From NCBI GenBank assembly GCA_011364905.1, contig RDNZ01000022.1, forward strand, positions 1-47,069: a stretch of 47,069 nucleotides of DNA, given 5' to 3'. The translations under genes were made by a program, and so were the position numbers. This document shows, one piece after another, positions 9,637-18,304 of this stretch (its first letter is position 1; the number at the start of each line of letters is the position of its first letter). Under the pieces are notes generated by a model. That model searched no databases and had not been told where the DNA came from. It worked only from the letters and a program-made list of their open reading frames with translations. The DNA is from Candidatus Thorarchaeota archaeon. Lineage in GTDB: Archaea > Asgardarchaeota > Thorarchaeia > Thorarchaeales > Thorarchaeaceae.

Positions 9637-11013
9637 ATGGATCTGGAATGCGATGTCTTGGTAATTGGTGCCGGGATGGCGGGTCTGGTAGCTGGAACCA
9701 TTTCTTCCAACGAGGGGGTATCAACGATTCTTCTCAGGAAAGGTCAGAGCGCGACTGCTTACTCTTCTGGTGCCATTGATGTCATGGGTTATCTTCCAGA
9801 TGCCTCTGAGCCTTTTTCAACTCCATCCGAGGGTCTGACAGCTGTCGCAGCTATGTTGCCTTTGCATCCGTACAGCATTGTTGGTTACAGTGAAAGCGTA
9901 CAACCTGACACAGTTGTAGATGAAATTGTGGGAAGCGCACGAGCTGCAATAAGCTGGCTAAAGAACAGTCTCAGGGACACAATTGCACCGCTAATCGGCT
10001 CTTTTGACTCAAACATTAGTGCTCTCACTGTGTTTGGCACTACCAAACCTACTTGTCTAGTTCAAGAAACGATGAATTCAGAATCGCTTCAAGACGAGGA
10101 TAGCACTCTTCTGTTTGCTGGATTTGCTGGATATCCTGACTTCAATCCATCAGCAGCCGCCAAAGTCTTTCTTGAGGACCGAATTGCGATTGGGTTACCA
10201 CCTCGAAAAGTTGGGCGATGTGTTTTGAAGCTAGCACCTTTTGGCAAATTATACAACCTGTCTTCCATAGAGATTGCCAGACACTTGGACCACGGGAATT
10301 CTATTGAGGAATTGGCCAAGCAGTTGAAGCCTCAAGCGGACAAACTGGGTGCGACTCATGTTGCTATTCCTCCAATCCTCGGTATTAGAAATGCCTTGGA
10401 GAACAAGAAGTTGCTCGAAGAACTAACCGGTGTTGAAGTTTTCGAGTTGCTTGGAGTTCCGCCTTCCGTACCCGGATTGCGACTTCAAATGGCTCTTGAG
10501 GGCCTATTTAGAAAAGGGGGAGGTAGACTGCTAGCAGGGCACGAAGCGATATCATACACAAAGAATGGCGAACTGCTGGATGCAGTCATGGTTCGGACAC
10601 CCCGCCGCAGGATGAAGATCAAATCTAAGGCAACTATCCTAGCAACAGGGAAATTCATAGGAGGCGGACTAGCTGGTGATGAAAACGGGATTCGCGAAAC
10701 TGTGTTTGACCTGATGACAGTCACAGGGACTTATCACTCAGCAGGAGATATTACTCCCTCTCGCTTTACAAATCGAGTATCAATTACTCCAAGTAGTCAG
10801 CCAGTCTATTCTTGCGGCTTGACAGTTGATCCTCATTTTAGACCTGTCCAAGAAGATGGAGTAGAGTGGTCATCCAACCTGTTCGCTGCAGGATCTATCC
10901 TAGCTGGTTATGATTACTCGTCTGAGAAGAGTGGATTAGGCGTGGCGACAACAACCGGATACATTGCGATAAGAAAAGCGATGGACTTTCTTAAGGGGGT
11001 GGATTTGAAATGA
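9637..11013 (+). CDS. glpB: Anaerobic glycerol-3-phosphate dehydrogenase subunit B
   Basis: GAGMAG, SSGAID, PPSVPGLRL, LATGKFIGGGL, NLFAAGS, SGLGVA; abuts glpA. Confidence 0.92.
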   Translation: MDLECDVLVIGAGMAGLVAGTISSNEGVSTILLRKGQSATAYSSGAIDVMGYLPDASEPFSTPSEGLTAVAAMLPLHPYSIVGYSESVQPDTVVDEIVGSARAAISWLKNSLRDTIAPLIGSFDSNISALTVFGTTKPTCLVQETMNSESLQDEDSTLLFAGFAGYPDFNPSAAAKVFLEDRIAIGLPPRKVGRCVLKLAPFGKLYNLSSIEIARHLDHGNSIEELAKQLKPQADKLGATHVAIPPILGIRNALENKKLLEELTGVEVFELLGVPPSVPGLRLQMALEGLFRKGGGRLLAGHEAISYTKNGELLDAVMVRTPRRRMKIKSKATILATGKFIGGGLAGDENGIRETVFDLMTVTGTYHSAGDITPSRFTNRVSITPSSQPVYSCGLTVDPHFRPVQEDGVEWSSNLFAAGSILAGYDYSSEKSGLGVATTTGYIAIRKAMDFLKGVDLK

Positions 11014-12248
11014 ATGAAGACGAAGCCTTTGAGTATGTGAAAGGCACTCTTAGGAGTGAACGAATCACTCCGTACCATCCGTATGAAATCGAAGTCGTAA
11101 GATCAATTGAGAAATGTATTAACTGCGGTCTCTGCATAAATCATTGTCCTGTTGTTGCTGCAGTGGGCATTGATAGATTCAGTGGCCCCCGAAGCATCGC
11201 AGTAGAACTAAGCCGTTCTCCTCCTGAATATTGGTCCACTGCTGATATCGTCTATCTCTGTACAGGGTGCGGTACATGTCGTGAAGTGTGCCCGAAGAAT
11301 GTTGACATCCCTGAAGTTGTGAATCTAATCCGTGCAAGGATCTTCAAGCATCGACCTGATCTAGTTCCCAAGGGATTCTACGTGGTTCAGGAACCGCTAA
11401 CAGAGTATAACCTGGCGTTCCAACCGTGGGAGGACAAGGAAGAGAAATCCGAGAGTAGGGACATGCGACTGGAGAAGCTCGGGCTTCCTTATGTACAAGA
11501 CCGAGTTCTCGATAAAGCCGAGATTCTTTTCTATCCTGGCTGTCAAGCTGAGGAGAGAGCTCAGGAGGTACGAGAAGCGGCAAAAGTAATTCTGGATTAT
11601 TTCGATGTTGACTATACACTCCTCGATGAGATGTCTTGTTGCGGACTGCCAGCCCGTCTAATGGGTGATGACCAAACTGCAAGATCACTGGCTGACAGAC
11701 TGAAAAAGAAAGTAAAGAAAATGGGAATCAAGAAAGTTGTAACTACCTGTGCAGGGTGTACTTCCAATCTGTCAGATCTTTCGTATTACTTTGATTGGGG
11801 TGTTCCAACCGTTCACATCCTTGAGTTCCTTGCAGAGGATATTGGACTGCAACGATTTGGAGAGGACATGGCGAATTCCTCTAGGTTGTCCCCCGTACAT
11901 GTCACTGTCCACGATCCCTGCCACCTCATAAGACACACTTCTCGCCAGATTATGGATTATGCTCTTGAGATACTTCGTGAAATACCAAATGTGCGAGTTA
12001 CTGAATCAGAGGCATATGACTCGTGTTGCGGAGGTGGTGGACTAGTTTCTTACCATTCGCGTGACGTGGCTGATGCTGTGGTAAAGGAGAACATCGAAGC
12101 GATACAGAAGACTGGTGCAGAGCGACTTGTGACTCCATGCCCCCTATGCACTGCACAGATTGAAAACAATCTTTTCAAGTCAGGGAGTTCTGTTGAGGTT
12201 GATGATCTAACAGTTTTCATCGCTCAAAGACTTCCAAAGAAAGGGTGA
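11010..12248 (+). CDS. glpC: GlpC-like Fe-S subunit (2x[4Fe-4S] plus two CCG domains)
   Basis: CINCGLCINHCP, CTGCGTCREVCP, CCG, HDPCH, CCGGGG; ATGA overlap with glpB. Confidence 0.8.
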   Translation: MNEDEAFEYVKGTLRSERITPYHPYEIEVVRSIEKCINCGLCINHCPVVAAVGIDRFSGPRSIAVELSRSPPEYWSTADIVYLCTGCGTCREVCPKNVDIPEVVNLIRARIFKHRPDLVPKGFYVVQEPLTEYNLAFQPWEDKEEKSESRDMRLEKLGLPYVQDRVLDKAEILFYPGCQAEERAQEVREAAKVILDYFDVDYTLLDEMSCCGLPARLMGDDQTARSLADRLKKKVKKMGIKKVVTTCAGCTSNLSDLSYYFDWGVPTVHILEFLAEDIGLQRFGEDMANSSRLSPVHVTVHDPCHLIRHTSRQIMDYALEILREIPNVRVTESEAYDSCCGGGGLVSYHSRDVADAVVKENIEAIQKTGAERLVTPCPLCTAQIENNLFKSGSSVEVDDLTVFIAQRLPKKG

Positions 12249-12255
12249 ACCGAAC

Positions 12256-13683
12256 TTGCTCGATTCCAACACACGGAAAAAGGCTTCTGATAAGCTAAGG
12301 AAAATTGTAGGTTCTGAGTACATCACTATGCATGAAACTGATAGAATTCTTAACGCTCATGATGCATGGCCTTTGAGTGAGGCAAAAATCAGAGCCGGTG
12401 AAATGCTGCCATTAGCTGACTTCGTTGTGTTTCCAGGGTCTGCTGAGGAAATTTCGAAAGTACTTGTCGTGGCAAATGAGCTTAAAATTCCGGTGACTCC
12501 TGTAGGTGGTGGAGCAGGGACGTGTGGCGGTACACTCCCTATCTATGGTGGAATTCAACTTGACCTCAAGCGGCTGAACAAGATAGGTGAGATTGACCAC
12601 GATTCGATGCTAATAAGAGCCCAAGCTGGTGTTGTAGGAATTGATTTGGAGGAAGAGGTGAACCGTCATGGGTACACAACGGGTCATACTCCCACATCTC
12701 TCCGTGCGTCCAATATTGGAGGGTTCATTGCTACACGATCTGGAGGATCCATGTCATCTCTCTATGGTAAGATTGAGGATTTGACATTGGGGCTCCAAGT
12801 TGTTCTCCCAAATGGCTCCATTGTTGAAACAAAAGCAGTCCCCCGACACTCTGTGGGTCCAGACCTTCGACAGCTCTTCATTGGTTCTGAGGGTACCCTA
12901 GGAGTCATCACTGAAGCTACCCTAAGGCTATTTCCGAAACCTGAAAAACGCCGTTTCAGAAGTTTCAGCTTTCCTGACGTGCATAGTGGGATCGAGGCGA
13001 TTCGAAAAATCTTCAGAGTAGGAATAATTCCATCTGTTGCCCGTTTATATGACCCTGAAGATGCCGCTCTAACTTTTTCCATGAACTTTGAGTTTGATGA
13101 GGGTCACTGCATGCTCCTTCTAGCATTTGATGGAGCAACAGAGAGAGTGGACTTAGATGATAACGAGTCAACAAGGATTTGCATAGAAGAAGGAGGAACT
13201 AATCAAGGAGAAGGCCCATCGAAGCGTTGGTGGGAACATCGATATGATATGTACTATCCTACTCGTCTTACTACTGCGGGCTATGCCATCGGTGACACAA
13301 TAGACATTGTAGCAACATATGACAAACTAGAGAATGTCTACCATTCGATGAAGAAAGACATGGAGGCTGAAGATGCTGTGGTTATGTCCCACTTTTCCCA
13401 CATGTATCAGAATGGTGGGAGTATCTACATGATTTTCTTTACATCGCAACCTGATGCTGAAACGGCATGGAATACTTACAAGAGAATTTGGGACGCGGGC
13501 ATAGCTGCTTGTCATCGAGAAGGTGGAACCATGAGTCACCAACATGGTGTCGGTCTCTCACGAAGCAGCTATACAGAGGATGAGCTGGGTTCTGGCTTTG
13601 GCGTTCTAAAGAAAATCAAAGATGCGCTAGATCCTAATGGTATTATGAATCCTGGCAAGCTGGGACTGGGGGTGCGTGGGTGA
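12256..13683 (+). CDS. FAD-linked oxidase (VAO family), alkyl-dihydroxyacetonephosphate synthase-like
   Basis: GYTTGHTPTS...IGGFIATRSGG..S..YGKIED, GSEGTLGVITE, SHMY..GGSIY, SHQHGVG, DPNGIMNPGK. Confidence 0.8.
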   Translation: MLDSNTRKKASDKLRKIVGSEYITMHETDRILNAHDAWPLSEAKIRAGEMLPLADFVVFPGSAEEISKVLVVANELKIPVTPVGGGAGTCGGTLPIYGGIQLDLKRLNKIGEIDHDSMLIRAQAGVVGIDLEEEVNRHGYTTGHTPTSLRASNIGGFIATRSGGSMSSLYGKIEDLTLGLQVVLPNGSIVETKAVPRHSVGPDLRQLFIGSEGTLGVITEATLRLFPKPEKRRFRSFSFPDVHSGIEAIRKIFRVGIIPSVARLYDPEDAALTFSMNFEFDEGHCMLLLAFDGATERVDLDDNESTRICIEEGGTNQGEGPSKRWWEHRYDMYYPTRLTTAGYAIGDTIDIVATYDKLENVYHSMKKDMEAEDAVVMSHFSHMYQNGGSIYMIFFTSQPDAETAWNTYKRIWDAGIAACHREGGTMSHQHGVGLSRSSYTEDELGSGFGVLKKIKDALDPNGIMNPGKLGLGVRG

Positions 13684-14804
13684 CAGAACAAGGCAAGATT
13701 GCTGAACAAGTGAGGATGTGCGCTGCATGTCCTAAGATGTGTAGGCATGTTTGTCCCACTTTTTTTGCATGGAGATCTGATGCTCCCACTCCTCATGGTC
13801 GGGCTTTATTATTACATCAAGAAATTACGGGATTACGCAATATCGATGAACGAGGCGTTGAGGTACTGTATCAGTGCCTTGAATGCAGTCATTGCCTTAC
13901 TTGGTGCAAACCAGAGATAGACATAGCTTCTCTTGTTGAGAACAAACGATGTGATCTGGTGAAATCAGGACGTCAGCCTTCTGGTGTAAATCGACTTGCG
14001 AATTTTGTAAAAGAAACACACAATCCGTTTGGTGAGAAGCACTCAAAAAGGAATGATTGGTTAAAGACCGGTAGTTTGAATGGCCCGAAAATAATCTACT
14101 TTTCTGGCTGCACAGCCGCATATCGAGAAAAGAGCATTGCTCAGGATACGATTTCGATTCTTGAGTATCTTGGATATTCAGTTGCAATTACGCCTGATGA
14201 ATGGTGTTGTGGAAGTCCATTATTCAGAACTGGGGATACGGCGACTGGACTAAAACAAGCATCCCATAATGTTGAAGTATTGAATGATATCAATGCAGAG
14301 GAAATTATAGTCACATGTCCAGGATGCTATCGTGCACTCACGAAAGATTATCCTGAGAACGGTTTCGAACTCGATAAACCTGTGCAGCACATAAGCGAAT
14401 TTTTGAATAGATTGGTAGACAAATTGCCTCAGGGAGATACCAATGGGTCGGTCACATTTCATGATCCATGTCATCTCGGACGACACTCTGGTGTCTATGA
14501 TGCACCGCGTGCAGTCATTGAACGAATTTCTGGCAATCCCATTGTCGAGATGGAGAGAAACAGAGAGAACGCAATGTGTTGCGGTAATGGAGCTGGTCTA
14601 AGAACCCTTTTTCCAGAGCATGCCAAAATGATAGGGTCTGAAAGAGTTCGTCAGGCGTTGAACATCAATGCAAATTGTATTGTGACATCATGCCCTTTTT
14701 GCAAAGAAATGCTGGAGGCGCAATCAGAGAGGAGAGTCGCTGTCTTTGACTTGCCTGAATTTGTCATGCAAGGGATTGAAAGCCGCAATGTGAAGACAGA
14801 TTAG
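13680..14804 (+). CDS. Fe-S oxidoreductase (GlcF/HdrD-like, CCG domains)
   Basis: CAACPKMCRHVCP, CLECSHCLTWC, CCG, CPGC, HDPCH, CCG, CPFC; GTGA overlap with the upstream gene. Confidence 0.88.
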   Translation: MTEQGKIAEQVRMCAACPKMCRHVCPTFFAWRSDAPTPHGRALLLHQEITGLRNIDERGVEVLYQCLECSHCLTWCKPEIDIASLVENKRCDLVKSGRQPSGVNRLANFVKETHNPFGEKHSKRNDWLKTGSLNGPKIIYFSGCTAAYREKSIAQDTISILEYLGYSVAITPDEWCCGSPLFRTGDTATGLKQASHNVEVLNDINAEEIIVTCPGCYRALTKDYPENGFELDKPVQHISEFLNRLVDKLPQGDTNGSVTFHDPCHLGRHSGVYDAPRAVIERISGNPIVEMERNRENAMCCGNGAGLRTLFPEHAKMIGSERVRQALNINANCIVTSCPFCKEMLEAQSERRVAVFDLPEFVMQGIESRNVKTD

Positions 14805-14832
14805 GATTAGAAAGCAAAACTTGGTGATTTGT

Positions 14833-15951
14833 ATGAACGCAGAGGAAGCCCTACAACTCAAGGTTCGACTCCTTACACAAGGTGCCCGTTTCTCAGACAA
14901 ACAGCTGAATCTCCGAAAAGGCGGTGCAGGTCCGGTAGGTGGTAAATACTTCATTCTTCCGAATGGTCTAACATGCGGGGTACCAATTCGACAAGGTGAA
15001 ATGGCAAAGCTATACAAATCCGCTCCTATTGAACAAACAGATGATCCCAGCGTCTGGATCTACGACAATGAGGTGGAGCTGAAAAATATCCCGCGTCCCA
15101 AGTTCCTAGACCAAAAGACTGCTGATGGTACTCCTTTTCAAAAGATTGCGTTGCTGCATAGTGTTGGTACTCTCGCAACCACTGTCTATCAAGCTTGCAG
15201 ATATTGGGATGCTGGAACACAGTGCAAATACTGCACCATCCCCACGTCATACATGTCCGGTGCCACTGTACTCAAGAAATCCCCTGAGCACTTCGCAGAG
15301 GTTCTACTTGCTGCAGAGCGAGAAGGTGTAGTGAAGAATGTACTTTTGACAACTGGTACTCCCGATACTCCCGATATGGGCTTAGAACTCCTCATTTCTA
15401 TCATTGAGGCCATTCGTGAAGTGAGTAAAATTCCGGTTGGTGTCCAATTTGAACCCCCTGTTGAGAAGGAATGGATTCGCGATGTGGCAAATGCGGGAGC
15501 CAATGCCATTGGGATGCATATCGAGAGTGCTGATGAATCCATTAGAGAAGAGATGTGTCCTGGCAAATTCGAGTATGGCCCATTGGATTTGTACCGCAAA
15601 AGTTGGCTGTATGCTCTTGATTATCTTGGCCGTGGTAATGTCAGCACATTCCTGCTCTATGGGCTTGGGGAAGATCTTGAGAAGACACTAATGCTTGTGA
15701 GGGAGCTTGCTGATGAAGGTGTACTTCCCGTTGTCACCCCTGTTCGACCTGGCCACGGAAGTCAACTATCTGATTTCATTCCTACGTACGTGAAAGACTT
15801 GGATGCCTCAGTGGCGTTCTACAAGAAAATTGGGACAATTCTCTATGAGAATAACCTTAATCCTGAGAAAACTGCTGCGGGATGTCACAAATGTGGTGGT
15901 TGCACACCCGGACAGGAAGCCTATGATTGGGCTGCAGAGAATCACGAATAG
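14833..15951 (+). CDS. Radical SAM protein, MSMEG_0568/NitD-like family
   Basis: RKGGAGP, IALLH...LATTV.Q.C, Cx7CxxC (CRYWDAGTQCKYC), C-terminal AGCHKCGGC. Confidence 0.8.
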   Translation: MNAEEALQLKVRLLTQGARFSDKQLNLRKGGAGPVGGKYFILPNGLTCGVPIRQGEMAKLYKSAPIEQTDDPSVWIYDNEVELKNIPRPKFLDQKTADGTPFQKIALLHSVGTLATTVYQACRYWDAGTQCKYCTIPTSYMSGATVLKKSPEHFAEVLLAAEREGVVKNVLLTTGTPDTPDMGLELLISIIEAIREVSKIPVGVQFEPPVEKEWIRDVANAGANAIGMHIESADESIREEMCPGKFEYGPLDLYRKSWLYALDYLGRGNVSTFLLYGLGEDLEKTLMLVRELADEGVLPVVTPVRPGHGSQLSDFIPTYVKDLDASVAFYKKIGTILYENNLNPEKTAAGCHKCGGCTPGQEAYDWAAENHE

Positions 15952-15994
15952 TCTATAAATCACGAAATATAACCTTGAACCCTCTTTTGGCGAG

Positions 15995-16489
15995 ATGAGA
16001 GAGATGAATGCGTTTCCTGCAGAAGAGATTCGAATAATCGAGTTTGGCGAAGAGGATGCAGAAGAGCTTTCAGAGCTATTCCGAGAGGTTTGGCCGTTAG
16101 CTGTTGAATATCCTGAACACTGGAGGAAAAAGAGGATGTACTCCCCTAAGCGGATTATTGAGGAGATGCGGGCTGGGTATCACTATTTCGGGAGTAGACT
16201 CGAGGGAAAAATAGTTGGGGTCTATAAGGCCATAATCACTGAAAAGGGTCTATACGGAGAGCAACAAAGCGTAAGACGTGATTGTAGAGCTACCGGACTT
16301 GCGTCTGCAATGTACATGCAATTTGCAGAGTATGGTAGAGCTCATGGCTGCAAACGCAATTATTGTAACATTCTTGTTGGACAAGAAGTTGGAGAGAAAC
16401 TTATGAAGAAGTTTGGTTTTCATCCTTGGGGAGAACCATATGAACAATCAGAGGGCATGCTGGTACAAATGTACGAGCGACTTCTTTGA
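15995..16489 (+). CDS. GNAT-family N-acetyltransferase
   Basis: V...CRATGLAS acetyl-CoA loop and KKFGF motif. Confidence 0.75.
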   Translation: MREMNAFPAEEIRIIEFGEEDAEELSELFREVWPLAVEYPEHWRKKRMYSPKRIIEEMRAGYHYFGSRLEGKIVGVYKAIITEKGLYGEQQSVRRDCRATGLASAMYMQFAEYGRAHGCKRNYCNILVGQEVGEKLMKKFGFHPWGEPYEQSEGMLVQMYERLL

Positions 16490-16511
16490 TTTACAAGCTT
16501 GTTGTCCATTT

Positions 16512-18170
16512 TTATTCGGGCAAATGCATGTATTTCAGATACGTTAGAATCTCATAGAAGTACTTGCCACCAAAGATTCCGCTTGTTTTCAACCCTCCCA
16601 GATGCGGATAGTAGTCATCAAAGTGGAGATGGTCCGTGTTTACAGCGATTCCGGGTGCCTCGATCTCATCGAAGAATCGTTGCCAAATTTCAGGGTCATC
16701 ACTATAGACAGATGTCCGAAGACCATAGGGCGTGTTGTTTGCCTGTCTGATGGCGTCCTCAAAGGATTTAATCCTCATTACCGGCAGAACTGGTCCAAAG
16801 GTTTCATGATACCACATCCTGCAGTCTAGCGGAACATCACTGAGGATTGTAGGCTTGTAGAATAAACCCGATTCATCACGTTCTTCGTAAGCATTGAGAC
16901 GATATCCTCCAGTTTCAAGCGTTGCGTCTCTGCTTAGAGCTTCGTGAATCATGTCAATATTCTGGTAGAGTGCTCGAGCACCAAGTATGGGGAGGTCCGT
17001 TTCAGGCTCAGCCGGAAGGCCGACCTTGAGTTTCTGGCTCTTTTCCACCAAGGCAGTAATGAAATCATCATAGATCGATTCGTGTAGAAACAGTCTCTTC
17101 GCTGCCAAGCATATCTGTCCTGAGCCGAAAAATCGAGCGCGAGTGACAAAATCTGCCGCTTTATCTATGTCCACATCTTTCCATACTAGACTTGCACCAC
17201 TACCAGCCAACTCTGGAATGAAGTGCAGGCCTCTTTGCACAGCTTGAGCCATCAGTTTTAGTCCAATGTCCGAATCACCATAGTAGACCATCGCATTCAA
17301 TGGTGAATCATTTACCATATACTGTGCAATGCTCCGTGCAGGTCCGATGACTGATTGAAATGCACTCAGCGGAAAATCGAGCTCAGCCATTGCCTCTGTT
17401 AGGACATATGCTAATTCCATGTTTGTGAGTGGCATCTTTGACGGAGTTCTAGTGACTGTTGCATTCCCTGCCCAGTAGCTGGAAATGATTGCCATCCCCC
17501 CTAAACCGATTGCTGCATTGTAGGGAGGAAAAATGCCGACAGCACCAAATGGATAGCGACTCAAGACGGTGCGTTCACCTTTCGTTGAACAAGGAATATC
17601 TCTAGCCTCCAATTTGGAACTAGCAAAATCAATGTGGTCTTTGTATAATGTGTTGAATACTCCTTTTGTCTGCCAGTCGAACAACTTTATTGGTGTGCCT
17701 TCTGCAACTCCAATCTCCTTGAAGTCATCATAGTGTTTCCAGAGAACTTGCCCCACTTTGATTAGGCTCTCGGCACGTTCTTTGAGCGTGAGACCCTTCG
17801 CTTTTTTATGGTACTCCTTGTGCATCAAATGTCTAATTGAGTGTGCCTCTTCACATGCCTCAGCTGCTTCTTTGACCCCACCCAGAGCATATTCTGCGAA
17901 CATCAGCTCCTGAATTTCATCCTTTGTTGCCTCTGGATATCCGTGAACCTTGATGTAGTCCTTCAGTAATCGAACTTCTGGAACTCTACCCGGTATTTGA
18001 TTCGGGAGATGACGTGCTACGAATCTGCTTAGCGATCCCTGTTCTCTGAGAGCCATTGCGAATAGAAGACGAGGATCCCCAATTGCCTTGTTCATATCTG
18101 GAAAGAAACTAGTTTTCCCTTGGGTCGGTTTTGATATCTCGCCCTTGATGAGGTGGCCAAAGAAACGCAT
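16512..18170 (-). CDS. Aldehyde dehydrogenase family protein (divergent)
   Basis: PFGAVGIFPPYN, PELAG, SGQIC (catalytic Cys), ETFGPV, ANNTPYGL, GGLKTSG. Confidence 0.88.
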   Translation of the reverse strand: MRFFGHLIKGEISKPTQGKTSFFPDMNKAIGDPRLLFAMALREQGSLSRFVARHLPNQIPGRVPEVRLLKDYIKVHGYPEATKDEIQELMFAEYALGGVKEAAEACEEAHSIRHLMHKEYHKKAKGLTLKERAESLIKVGQVLWKHYDDFKEIGVAEGTPIKLFDWQTKGVFNTLYKDHIDFASSKLEARDIPCSTKGERTVLSRYPFGAVGIFPPYNAAIGLGGMAIISSYWAGNATVTRTPSKMPLTNMELAYVLTEAMAELDFPLSAFQSVIGPARSIAQYMVNDSPLNAMVYYGDSDIGLKLMAQAVQRGLHFIPELAGSGASLVWKDVDIDKAADFVTRARFFGSGQICLAAKRLFLHESIYDDFITALVEKSQKLKVGLPAEPETDLPILGARALYQNIDMIHEALSRDATLETGGYRLNAYEERDESGLFYKPTILSDVPLDCRMWYHETFGPVLPVMRIKSFEDAIRQANNTPYGLRTSVYSDDPEIWQRFFDEIEAPGIAVNTDHLHFDDYYPHLGGLKTSGIFGGKYFYEILTYLKYMHLPE

Positions 18171-18304
18171 TTGACATTTGATTCTCCTTTTTGTGAATAT
18201 GAGAGTGATTGTAGCAACACTTGGTCGGCCATGAGAGGAGATTTAAGCGCTTCTAATCTGGGTTTGGCCATCCTAAGAATCGGCTTTCCCTTCAGGTGTT
18301 GTCA

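Noticed and set aside
9634-9639. In-frame TAG-ATG junction glpA/glpB (also at 27804-27809) as pyrrolysine readthrough
   Set aside because: Both partners are complete stand-alone families, glpB has its own GGAGG RBS, and there are no pyl genes in the window
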